Of a stretch of DNA of 64,000 nucleotides, positions 1 to 8,765 are shown piece by piece; the stretch's first letter is position 1, and every line of letters begins with the position of its first letter. The DNA comes from Nannocystales bacterium. GTDB taxonomy: Bacteria; Myxococcota_A; Polyangia; Nannocystales; Nannocystaceae. The stretch lies in assembly GCA_050633305.1 (NCBI GenBank), contig JBOEGF010000032.1:64001-128000 (forward strand). The letters run 5' to 3'. The position numbers and the translations under genes are program-made. Below the pieces are notes generated by a model, which saw only the letters and a program-made list of their open reading frames with translations, ran no database searches and was not told the origin of the DNA.

Positions 1-1053
1 ACCGTCGAACTCGGTGACGCCGCTACCGTCCGAGCGATGCGCGAAGACGATCTGCGGCTGGATCCCCGCGAACACGGGGTTGGGGTTCGTGCGGTCGTAG
101 ACGATCTGGTCGTCTGCCCACTCGACACCGAAGTCGCGCAGCAGGCCCAGGTAGTCACCTTTGGGCTCCGAGGGCGGGCCGCCGCCGAACATGTTGTTCT
201 GCTGCTGGCCCGGCGGAGGAAGCTTGTCCTCGCGGGGCGAGAGCCGAACGTCGAACAACGGCATGGGGTCGGCGGTCAGGAGCGCGGGCCGACCGGCGTC
301 CACGTAGACGCGCACCGTGTCGAGCTCTTCCTGGGAGCAGCTCGCAAGCTGCGGGACCAGCAGAACATCGACGTCTTCGGGGATCTCCGCCTTGGGGTTG
401 AGGCTACGAACCTCGTACTGCTTCTTCAGCTCGGCGATGATCTGCCACGCCGGCTGCTGGCGCTTGGCCTGCAGATCGAAGTTGCCCATGATCGTCGCGT
501 CGTTGCGCAACACGCCGACCACGCGCTTTTTCTCTTGCGTGACGACTCGAAGCGCGCGGGCCACCTCGTACTCGACGGACAGACCGCGATCGAGGAACGG
601 CACGACCTCTTCGCGCGGTCCCGAGACGAAGGCGAGGCCCATGAAGACCTCCATCGCGTCGACCCGGCCCGCCGAACGATCGGCGAGCTGGCGCGGCACG
701 ATACCGAAGTTCTCCATCGCGTCTTCGGCCTCGAGCGAGAACGGCTCGGGCTCGACGATGCGAACGATGAGTCCCTCTCCCCCCTGCGCTTCCATGGTGC
801 GCAGGATGTTGAGCAGGCGCGTGCGCGCGGTGACGTACTCGCGGGGCACCTCCTTGGAGATGAACGCATGCACGGTGACCGGACGCTCGACACCGATGCC
901 TTGGATCACCCCGAGCGAGTCGGGCGTGATCTCAGAGAGGTGTTCTTCGGTGACGTCGGCGAACGAGTTCGCGCGCGCCCCCATGTATCCGACCGACGCT
1001 GCGGCGGCGACCAAGGAGAAGAAACGGACCAGCTGATGGTTGCGGCGGGTCAT
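1..1053 (-). CDS. GldG-like ABC transporter auxiliary/periplasmic component (partial; C-terminus runs off window start)
   Basis: Manual translation from ATG at 1053: MTRRNHQLVRFFSLVAAAASVGYMG...DVTEEHLSEITPDS...PVTVHAFISKEVP...LDRGLSVEYEVARAL. Starts 2 nt after the permease stop. Missing from the ORF track because it is truncated. Confidence 0.75.
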   Translation of the reverse strand, partial: MTRRNHQLVRFFSLVAAAASVGYMGARANSFADVTEEHLSEITPDSLGVIQGIGVERPVTVHAFISKEVPREYVTARTRLLNILRTMEAQGGEGLIVRIVEPEPFSLEAEDAMENFGIVPRQLADRSAGRVDAMEVFMGLAFVSGPREEVVPFLDRGLSVEYEVARALRVVTQEKKRVVGVLRNDATIMGNFDLQAKRQQPAWQIIAELKKQYEVRSLNPKAEIPEDVDVLLVPQLASCSQEELDTVRVYVDAGRPALLTADPMPLFDVRLSPREDKLPPPGQQQNNMFGGGPPSEPKGDYLGLLRDFGVEWADDQIVYDRTNPNPVFAGIQPQIVFAHRSDGSGVTEFDG

Positions 1054-1055
1054 GA

Positions 1056-2003
1056 CTACCAGTGCCTCCGGCCAAGCAAGAACGAAGCGAGATACAGAAG
1101 GACGGCGATGCCGCCCGCGAAGTACAGGACGTCTCCGAGCCGGACGACGCCTTCGCCGAAGCTTGCGACGTGGTCGGTGACCGACAAGGCATCGAACACA
1201 TCGACAAAGCCGTTGCCGTCGCGAAGCGCCGCGGCGCCGGCCTCAGAAGCAGCCTCAGAAGCAGCCTCAGAGTCGGACGCCGGAGCGCTCTGTGAGCCGC
1301 GCCCGGCGAGCAGCCACGCGAACGTCGCCGCCAAACCGCCCACAAGACCCCCGATACCGGCAGCCGAGCCCTTGTTGGTGAGCGTGAAGGTGGTCAGCGC
1401 CGCTGCGGCACCGATGAGTGCCGCGCCGAGCAACCCGCTGGCCCACGGCTGCGTCCCTGCGAACACCAGACCTGCACAGCCCAGAGCGCCCAGGATGAAC
1501 GCAACGGTGGCGTTCTTGGTCAGCATGGACGCCACCAGCCCAATGGCGCAGAACAGCGCCCCCATGAGCAAGTAGCCCAGGTAGGTCGAGACCATCAGCC
1601 CCATGTCGGGGTCGCCCAGGTACATCAGCACCCCGACGTTGGACAGCGAGAACGCCAGCGAGATGGCGTACATGCCCAGCACTCCAAAGTACTTTCCGAG
1701 AACAACCTCGACATCGCGGACCGGCATGGTCAACAGCAGTTCGTCGGTCCCACCGCGACGCTCCTCGGCCCACGCGCCCATCGTGATGGCGGGGACGAAG
1801 AACATGAGGATCGCCGGCATCATCGCGTTGAGTTCGGCGAGGTCGGCGAGGTTGCGTGCGAAGAAGCCGTCCTGAAGGAACGCCGCTGCGGCGGTCGTCG
1901 CGATGAACAGCGTGAGGAAGACGTACCCGGTGGGATTGCCGAGGTACTGGCGCATGTCCTTTCGGAACACGGCCGAGACGACACCAAAGTCGATACCCAT
2001 CAT
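1056..2003 (-). CDS. ABC-2 type permease, GldF-like
   Basis: Multi-TM protein with FRKDMRQYLGNPTGY and ITMGAWAEERRGGTDELLLTMP motifs; overlaps the ATPase stop. Confidence 0.85.
   Translation of the reverse strand: MMGIDFGVVSAVFRKDMRQYLGNPTGYVFLTLFIATTAAAAFLQDGFFARNLADLAELNAMMPAILMFFVPAITMGAWAEERRGGTDELLLTMPVRDVEVVLGKYFGVLGMYAISLAFSLSNVGVLMYLGDPDMGLMVSTYLGYLLMGALFCAIGLVASMLTKNATVAFILGALGCAGLVFAGTQPWASGLLGAALIGAAAALTTFTLTNKGSAAGIGGLVGGLAATFAWLLAGRGSQSAPASDSEAASEAASEAGAAALRDGNGFVDVFDALSVTDHVASFGEGVVRLGDVLYFAGGIAVLLYLASFLLGRRHW
1240..1271. repeat. 12-bp coding tandem repeat GCCTCAGAAGCA (about 2.7 copies) encoding SEAA repeats
   Basis: Directly visible; lies in a loop of the permease. Confidence 0.8.
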
Positions 2004-2803
2004 GCAGCCCCTTTCTTGTTCTGTGGCTTTTTCTGTGACTTGTCCTGGTTCTTGCCCTCGGTGAGGTCATAGAACCGGTCTTCGATCGAGCCAGCCTTGA
2101 GCAACTCGTCCTTGGACCCGGTGAAGGCGATCTTGCCGTTGTAGACGAAGACCACATCGTCGGCCACGGCCTCCACCTCTTGAAGGATGTGGGTCGAAAG
2201 CAGGATGGTCTTCTCTTGACCCAGCTCTCGGATGAGCGCTCGCACCTCCCTGATCTGGAGCGGATCCAGGCCTGAGGTGGGCTCATCGAGGATCAAGACC
2301 TCCGGGTCGTGGAGCAGGGCCTGCGCCATGCCGACCCGCTGCCGAAAGCCCTTGGAGAGCTTGTCGATCGGCTTGTGAAGAACCTCCCCGATCGCACACC
2401 GCGAGACGACGTCGCGGATCCGCTTGGCCGAACCGTCCAGCTTGCGGATCGAAGAGACGAACTCCAGCGACTCCTGCGGGGTCATGTCCCGGTACAACGG
2501 GCCCGACTCGGGCAGATAGCCCAGTCGCCGCGCCAGCTCGATGCGGGTGTCCGCATCGGAGGGGTCGAACCCCAGCACCTCGGCTCGACCCGAGGTGGGC
2601 GAGGAGAAGCCGGTGAGGATCTTCATCGTGGTCGACTTGCCGGCACCGTTGGGGCCCAAGAACGCGGCCACGGTGCCCTTGCGGACCTCGAAGGAGACGT
2701 CGTGAAGCGCGGCAAACTGGCCGTAGATTTTACTCAGTCGGTCGGCCCGGATGGTGACCGGCCGATCGCTTGGCGTCCGGTAGGGGCTGTCTTTTTCGCT
2801 CAT
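2000..2803 (-). CDS. ABC transporter ATP-binding protein, GldA-like
   Basis: Walker A GPNGAGKST, signature LSKGFRQR, Walker B LILDEPT, H-loop STH; AGGAGG RBS upstream of ATG 2803. Confidence 0.92.
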   Translation of the reverse strand: MSEKDSPYRTPSDRPVTIRADRLSKIYGQFAALHDVSFEVRKGTVAAFLGPNGAGKSTTMKILTGFSSPTSGRAEVLGFDPSDADTRIELARRLGYLPESGPLYRDMTPQESLEFVSSIRKLDGSAKRIRDVVSRCAIGEVLHKPIDKLSKGFRQRVGMAQALLHDPEVLILDEPTSGLDPLQIREVRALIRELGQEKTILLSTHILQEVEAVADDVVFVYNGKIAFTGSKDELLKAGSIEDRFYDLTEGKNQDKSQKKPQNKKGAA

Positions 2804-3003
2804 GGAAAGCGGTTCCTCCTGCATCAAAGAACGGTCGAGAACGGTGTCTGGCCGAGCATGGCTTGACGTTTGGACCGCGTGCCCGGCGCGGCGCACATGG
2901 TAAAGCCCGGTGCTCCAACGTCAACCGACAACCGACAAAAAGGGCACCTCAGGCTCCTGGCCGAAATTCCGTCTGGAACGTCGCGTGGCCTACCATTCAC
3001 GCG

Positions 3004-4173
3004 ATGCCCAACGTCCGGACGCGCATTGCCATCGCCACGCTTCTTGCCGTTGGCGCCTGCGACAAGGGGGCGTCTGAAGAAACGCGTGGATCGCAGACCC
3101 CCGAGGAGCCGGCCGCACAGCCCGCTCCGGATGACGCTCTCGACGCCGCTGCGCGTGATGCAGCAACCGAACCGGAACCGGGGCCGGAGCCAACACCCCC
3201 ACCCGAGCCCGAACCGACGTTTGGCCCCGCGGCGCTCACCGCCCTGACCGACACCCAGCGCCAAACGCTGGCGATCGGGAAAGAAGATCCGCCGCTCCCG
3301 GTCGACATCCACTACGTCCAGAGCAACGAGAAGCGCCACGACCTGTTCTTCCCCTACATCGAGGACGTCGGCGGCTGCGCCATCGGAGTCGGCTCGGACC
3401 AGACGTTCACCGCAGCGGCCAAGGCCCGCTCCACCCTCCTGTTCATGATGGATATCGACCGCCGCATCGTCGACCTCCACCTCATGCACCGGGTTTTCGT
3501 GCTGGCCTCGGAAACCCCAGCGGAGAACTGGGCCTGGTGGGATGCGAAGAACGCGGATGAGGCGAAGGCGCTGCTGGAGGAGAAGCTCCCCGACGGCGGC
3601 GCCACCGAGGCTACCGTCAGACGGACGCTCCGCGGCTACCATGCCTATCGAGAGACCGTCTATCGCCACCTGCGACGCGTCATCGAGCGGGAGCGCAACG
3701 GGGCCCAAGTCACCTGGCTCTCCGACCCCGAAAGCTACGCCCACATTCGTGCGCTGTACCAGACGGGTCGAGTCCGGATCATGCAGGGCAACCTCGCGGG
3801 AGCGCACAGCATGCGGACCGCGGCCGCAGCCTGCGAGGCTCTCGGCGAGACGATGCGCGTCGTCTACATGAGCAACGCCGAGGAGTACTTCACGTACACC
3901 CCTGACTTCGTCGCCAACGTGCAGGCGCAGCCCACCGACGCCAAGAGCGTCCTGCTACGCACGATCTACTCCAAGAAGTGGGAGCACGCCGATCTGTGGG
4001 CATACCAGGTCCACAAGCTGTCGGACTTCAAGGAGCGGTTGAGCGACCGAAAGAACCGCAAGCGCACCGCGATGCTCCGCTACGCCAAGAAGGACGGCGG
4101 GCTCGAGCGGGAGTCACTGAGCATCAAGGGCTTCTCACGCATCGGCTACGTCGGGGACGACGACGCGCCCTAG
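3004..4173 (+). CDS. Conserved hypothetical lipoprotein
   Basis: Lipobox VGAC, Pro/Glu linker, globular domain with YVQSNE...IGVGSDQ and YMSNAEEY motifs. Confidence 0.7.
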   Translation: MPNVRTRIAIATLLAVGACDKGASEETRGSQTPEEPAAQPAPDDALDAAARDAATEPEPGPEPTPPPEPEPTFGPAALTALTDTQRQTLAIGKEDPPLPVDIHYVQSNEKRHDLFFPYIEDVGGCAIGVGSDQTFTAAAKARSTLLFMMDIDRRIVDLHLMHRVFVLASETPAENWAWWDAKNADEAKALLEEKLPDGGATEATVRRTLRGYHAYRETVYRHLRRVIERERNGAQVTWLSDPESYAHIRALYQTGRVRIMQGNLAGAHSMRTAAAACEALGETMRVVYMSNAEEYFTYTPDFVANVQAQPTDAKSVLLRTIYSKKWEHADLWAYQVHKLSDFKERLSDRKNRKRTAMLRYAKKDGGLERESLSIKGFSRIGYVGDDDAP

Positions 4174-4190
4174 CATACTGTCCCTGGGGG

Positions 4191-5510
4191 TCACAGATCT
4201 TGGACCGCGTGTCCGCGCAGCGGATCCTCGAGCGGACCCACCGGCGGCCCCAAGACTTCGGGCTCTCCGCTCGTCACCGCGACGATGTCTTCGATGCGGA
4301 CCCCGAATGCCCCCGGAACGTAGATGCCGGGTTCGTTGGACATGGTCATGCCCGGGCGGAGGACCAGCGCGTTCTCCGGACGGAGGTACGGCGGCTCATG
4401 GACTTGCAGTCCAATACCGTGACCCAGGCGGTGGGTGAAGTGCTCGTAGCCACCGCCGTGCCCCGCGGCATCGATGACCGCACGAGCAGCGGCATCCGCA
4501 GCACGACACGGGACGCCATCTCGGAGCTCCAGGAGCGCCGCAGCTTGAGCCCGAGCGACAGCAGTCCACGCCTCGACGAAGGCGGGCACCGCAGCCCCGA
4601 CCGCCCAGGTTCGGCTCACGTCACTGCGGTAGCCGTGCAGCCCTCCCCCCGTGTCCACGAGGACAACGTCGTCTTCTGCCAGGACGCGGTCGTCCTGCGT
4701 CCCGTGGGGAAAGGACGCGGCGGGTCCGAAGAGTGCGAGACACCACACTTGCTGCAGCCCCGCGGCTTCCTGCGCTGCCGTGACCTCCGCCGCAAACGCG
4801 CTCTGGGTCATCCCCGGTTGCAGGGTCTCCGCGGCAGCCGCGATCGCTGCCTTCGTCGCCTCGTTGGCGCGACGAAGGCGGTCGAGTTCGGCCGAGGTCT
4901 TCCGCAGCCGAACGCTCCCGATCGGCGTCGCGTCGACCACCGTCCGGGCCACGTGAGTCCGCATTCCGGCGTAGATGAACCCCCGCGCGTCCGAGTCGAC
5001 CGCGAGCTTCGACCGCTTGCCGACGAAGCCCGTCGCGACCGCGAATGGATCCTCGTGCTCTTGCCACAACAGCACCTCAGCCCCCGGCGGCAGCCGCTCG
5101 TCTGCAGAGCGCCGCTCGAACGCGGGACAAACCCAGGCCATGGCCCCGTCCGATTTCAGCAGGCACAAGAACGGACGCTCGCTCCGACCCCAGCGCACTC
5201 CGGCGAGGTACTGCATGTTCGGGCCCGGCTCGAGAAGCAGCGCGTCGAGTCCCACGGTCTGCAGCGCCGCCGCCACGTTCCGAACCCGCGCGGCGTACTC
5301 GTCAGGGCCGACCGCCTCGATGCCATCACAGAACCCGTGAAGCATCGCGTAGCGCTCTGGCGTCGTGGAGGTGTCCGTGGGCTTGGCCCGGGGCCCCGCG
5401 ACTGCCGAGGGCGTCGCGATCACACCTGCGACGCCCGCCGGTCCGCGACGGCAGCCCGACAGAACCGAAGCCATCGTCATCGAGGAGAACGCGCGCCTGG
5501 AGAGCCTCAT
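4191..5510 (-). CDS. Xaa-Pro peptidase (M24B), Tat-exported lipoprotein
   Basis: SRRAF Tat motif plus LSGC lipobox; metal ligands DTGG..SDVSRT, HRLGHGIG..HE, NEPG, RIED. Confidence 0.9.
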   Translation of the reverse strand: MRLSRRAFSSMTMASVLSGCRRGPAGVAGVIATPSAVAGPRAKPTDTSTTPERYAMLHGFCDGIEAVGPDEYAARVRNVAAALQTVGLDALLLEPGPNMQYLAGVRWGRSERPFLCLLKSDGAMAWVCPAFERRSADERLPPGAEVLLWQEHEDPFAVATGFVGKRSKLAVDSDARGFIYAGMRTHVARTVVDATPIGSVRLRKTSAELDRLRRANEATKAAIAAAAETLQPGMTQSAFAAEVTAAQEAAGLQQVWCLALFGPAASFPHGTQDDRVLAEDDVVLVDTGGGLHGYRSDVSRTWAVGAAVPAFVEAWTAVARAQAAALLELRDGVPCRAADAAARAVIDAAGHGGGYEHFTHRLGHGIGLQVHEPPYLRPENALVLRPGMTMSNEPGIYVPGAFGVRIEDIVAVTSGEPEVLGPPVGPLEDPLRGHAVQDL

Positions 5511-5542
5511 CCCGCTGACGGTCGCGCCACAGCGCGCCGGCG

Positions 5543-6562
5543 TCAACGTCCGCCGAGGATGTCTTGCGCTCGGGCGACCGCAACGACCGCGGGAGGCTGT
5601 CCCAGCCGGACCGAGGTTTCAAGCACCTCGAGCGTCGTGGCTTCGATGCGGTCGATCGCCGCCGCAACAGCGTCGCGGTCCGGCTCAGGAGCGCCCGTCA
5701 CGGTCAGCACGCCTTCGATCACCGCGCCCGCGCTGACGATCACGTCCGGGGCGTGTGCGATGCCAGCGGCGTGCAGCAGCAGGCCGACCTCCGCGGTCCG
5801 AAGCTGATTGTTGGCCGAGCCGCAGATCGCTCGACAACGCAGTCGTGGGACCAACTCCGCCGAGATGATGCCTCCGACCGCGCACGGGATGAGCACGTCG
5901 CACGGCGTCTCCAGGATCCGACTCGGCGCCACGATCTGCGCGCCCGCATCCTTCGCGGCACGAACAGCGGCGGCCGACGTGTCGGCCGCGACCACGCGAA
6001 CCCGCAATGCTCGCAACGTGCGAATGAGCGCCAGGCCAACTGCTCCACAGCCCTGAATCGCGACCGAGCTCCCTCGCCCCTCGATGTCGAGGAACGACCA
6101 CACCGCGCGAAGACCCGCCATCACACCGCGCGCCGTCGCACGCCCCGCATCGTTGTCGAGCGGATTGACGTGCTCGGTCGCGGTTCGGATCCACCCGAGT
6201 TCCCGGTCGCCAGTCCCCAGGTCGGGTCCGCAGACATACCGTCCGCCCAGGTGCTCGATCGCGCTCCCCAAGCGACGGTAGACCTCGGGAAGGTCGAGCC
6301 CTTCTCGACCGATGACCACGGTCTTCGCGCCGCCGGCCGGAAGCCCCGCGAGCGCGGTCTTGAAGGTCATCGCCGAAGCGAGTGCGAGCGCGTCCGACAA
6401 GGCTAGCCCTTCCGAGCCGTACGCGAGTCGTCGCACGCCACCGAACGCGGGTCCTCGACGGGTGCTGTCGATCGCGATGATCGCATGCAGTCCCAGCGCC
6501 CGGTCGTTGAGGACGACGAGTTCTTCGTAGTTCCAACCGGGACCGGAGCGGTCGAACAGCAT
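5543..6562 (-). CDS. Glu/Leu/Phe/Val dehydrogenase (leucine dehydrogenase-like)
   Basis: GPAFGGVR, MTFK...GGAK, QGCGAVG Rossmann motif, GSANNQL. Confidence 0.88.
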   Translation of the reverse strand: MLFDRSGPGWNYEELVVLNDRALGLHAIIAIDSTRRGPAFGGVRRLAYGSEGLALSDALALASAMTFKTALAGLPAGGAKTVVIGREGLDLPEVYRRLGSAIEHLGGRYVCGPDLGTGDRELGWIRTATEHVNPLDNDAGRATARGVMAGLRAVWSFLDIEGRGSSVAIQGCGAVGLALIRTLRALRVRVVAADTSAAAVRAAKDAGAQIVAPSRILETPCDVLIPCAVGGIISAELVPRLRCRAICGSANNQLRTAEVGLLLHAAGIAHAPDVIVSAGAVIEGVLTVTGAPEPDRDAVAAAIDRIEATTLEVLETSVRLGQPPAVVAVARAQDILGGR

Positions 6563-6623
6563 GGCGGGAACCTACCCCGAAAACCCCCGAAGGTGCGAGA
6601 GGGGCACAGGTTCTCAGGAGGCC

Positions 6624-7139
6624 TCAGACTTGGCCGAGGATCCGAGCTTTCTGCTGGTTGAATTCCTCTTCGCTCAGGAGTCCAGCAATGCGGAGTTCGT
6701 TGAGTTTTTCGAGTTTCTTGGCGAGGTCCTCAGGGGACAGGCTCGCCGCTGGCGGTGCAGCAGGGCCCAAGGCCGGCTGTGGGGGGTAACCGGGGGCGCC
6801 GTGAGGGGGCGGCGGGTAGCCACCATGCATGTTCGGCTGCGGCGGATACCCCGGCGCGCCGTAGGGCGTTGGCGGATACCCCGGCATGTACCCTGCGGGT
6901 GGCAGCATGTTGACCACTACCTGCGGCAACATGTTCGCGCCATTGAACCGACGATTGAACTCGTCGGTGTCCATCAGCGCGAGGACGAAGAAATCGATCA
7001 CGGCCAGCAACGCTGGGATCATCGTGAGCGAGAAGAGCAGGTACATCAGTCCGGCCCCGGTCCGCCCGAGGTAAAATTTGTGGACCCCGATCCCGCCGAG
7101 GAACAGCGCGAGGATTGCCGCGACGTTCTTGTCCTTCAT
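6624..7139 (-). CDS. TM2 (NINE) domain protein with Pro/Gly/Tyr-rich linker and C-terminal SHOCT
   Basis: KNVAAILALFLGGIGVHKFYLG; C-terminal LEKLNELRIAGLLSEEEFNQQKARIL. Confidence 0.88.
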   Translation of the reverse strand: MKDKNVAAILALFLGGIGVHKFYLGRTGAGLMYLLFSLTMIPALLAVIDFFVLALMDTDEFNRRFNGANMLPQVVVNMLPPAGYMPGYPPTPYGAPGYPPQPNMHGGYPPPPHGAPGYPPQPALGPAAPPAASLSPEDLAKKLEKLNELRIAGLLSEEEFNQQKARILGQV

Positions 7140-7178
7140 CCGTGGTCTTTCGCCATTTTGGTTCGTCGAGTCTCGGAG

Positions 7179-7796
7179 TCAGCCGTTGCGAGCGTCACGC
7201 TCGGACAACATCAAGGACGCCGCGGTGCCCGTCTCGGTTGCAGTCTGCATACGATAGACCCACTGACCGGTGTCGAGGTCGAGATCTTCCTCAACAACGC
7301 CGGCCTGTTTCATATGCAGCAACGTCTCGACGAGCGCCGATTCGGTCCACCGCAGCGCCTGGGCCAACTCCTCGAACGTCGCCTGACGACGCTCCTGGAG
7401 CCAGCCTTGGACCCGTCGGCCGCGTTCGGCGAGCACGGTCGGGCTCACTGTGGGCGCAGGTGGTAGCGCCTGGGTTTGAGCGGCTTCGAGCTGAGACTTC
7501 CGTTTGAGCGCACCGAGAAATGCGACGCCGCCCCCGAACGTGACCATCCCCCCGAACAGCGTCGCGGTGCCCAGGGTCAACGGCAGCGCGAGGCCAAGTC
7601 CAAGGCCCACCATTGCCAGCCCCACGCCGCCGAGCAGGAGGCCGCCAGGCGGCAACGGTGACTTTTCGACCCAGCTGCGGAGGTCTCCGGTGCCTTGGGT
7701 GCGCACCGGAGCATTCCCGGCACTTGGTTCGATGCGCTGAAGTGCACCCGCCGGTCGCATCTGCGTGCGGAGTTCTTCCACCGGGAGGTGCGCCAT
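7179..7796 (-). CDS. Hypothetical 2-TM membrane protein with possible C-terminal winged helix
   Basis: Two hydrophobic segments; TFEELAQALRWTESALVETL...GVVEEDLDLDTGQWVY. Confidence 0.6.
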   Translation of the reverse strand: MAHLPVEELRTQMRPAGALQRIEPSAGNAPVRTQGTGDLRSWVEKSPLPPGGLLLGGVGLAMVGLGLGLALPLTLGTATLFGGMVTFGGGVAFLGALKRKSQLEAAQTQALPPAPTVSPTVLAERGRRVQGWLQERRQATFEELAQALRWTESALVETLLHMKQAGVVEEDLDLDTGQWVYRMQTATETGTAASLMLSERDARNG

Positions 7797-7946
7797 CGAC
7801 GTCAGGCTAGCAGCCCCTGCGTCCCGCGACCATGACTGCACACAACGGTGTCAGGTTCGGCCCCCAAGGTGCGGTACGTCGCCCCCCGGGTCCCGCCTTG
7901 GTTTGAGCCGCGTGCGCTGCATCTGTTAGCGTGCCCCGGCCTGCCC

Positions 7947-8711
7947 ATGCGCTTGCGATTGCCCTTGATTCTCCTTCTCGCCGCTGCGCCCGGTTGTCTC
8001 GATACTGGCAAAGGTGAGCTCATCACGATCTTCGCAACGCATCACGCATCGCCCGAAGACGACAGTTTCCCGTTCCGCGGTGACGACTTGCAGCCGCGAG
8101 TGTTCGACCTGGAAGACGGTTGGGAGCTCACCCTCGCCGAGTCGTACGTCACCATCGCCTCGACGACGCTGGTCAGTTGTTCGGGGAGCGAGCACGAGTT
8201 GCAGATGTTCTGGGGTCCTTGCCCGGAGGATCTGCGGCGGGCAGACCTCGAGGCGCTGACCGTCTCCGGTCTAAAGGTTCCCCCCGGCGACTACTGCGGT
8301 CTCGAGATCCAATACGCCCCGTACGAGACCCCGGTCATCGAGGACGACGCCGAGACCCGGCACGTTGTCCCCACCCTGGAGGACGTCGAAGGCGACAGCG
8401 TGTTCCTACGGGGTATCGCCCGCCGCGGCGAGGACGAAAGCGTCCCCTTCCAGCTCGAAAACGGCGAAGACTTCACGGTCATGCTCGATCTGAGCGAGCT
8501 CGAAGGTCCGGGCAACCCGCTGACCGTGAGCCGAGGGCAAGCGTTCCCCACCGAGGTGACAGTCACCAAGACCTACGACCGATTCTTCGACGAAGTCGAC
8601 TGGGAGAACTTCGACGAGCAGCTGCTCGAAGACTCGATCGACGAGGTCCTGGCCGACCAAACCCGGGTCACACGCGGCCTGACCATTCCCCCTGATCTCT
8701 ACGACGAGTAG
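7947..8711 (+). CDS. Hypothetical acidic lipoprotein
   Basis: Signal peptide with APGC lipobox; GC3-rich coding frame. Confidence 0.7.
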   Translation: MRLRLPLILLLAAAPGCLDTGKGELITIFATHHASPEDDSFPFRGDDLQPRVFDLEDGWELTLAESYVTIASTTLVSCSGSEHELQMFWGPCPEDLRRADLEALTVSGLKVPPGDYCGLEIQYAPYETPVIEDDAETRHVVPTLEDVEGDSVFLRGIARRGEDESVPFQLENGEDFTVMLDLSELEGPGNPLTVSRGQAFPTEVTVTKTYDRFFDEVDWENFDEQLLEDSIDEVLADQTRVTRGLTIPPDLYDE

Positions 8712-8765
8712 TCCCTCCCCCGGCGCCCTGCCCGTTTGCACACATGGAGCGCGAACGGAGCGAGC

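Noticed and set aside
1240..1271. Short coding tandem repeats (also 34446, about 55975, 61827) as phase-variation sites
   Set aside because: Unit lengths are multiples of 3 within linkers, so slippage would not shift the frame
37..5807. Long plus-strand ORFs 37..1575 and 3978..5807 (and similar ones such as 37187..38935, 49787..51298, 59323..60603)
   Set aside because: Antisense shadows of well-supported genes; long stop-free frames are expected at this GC content
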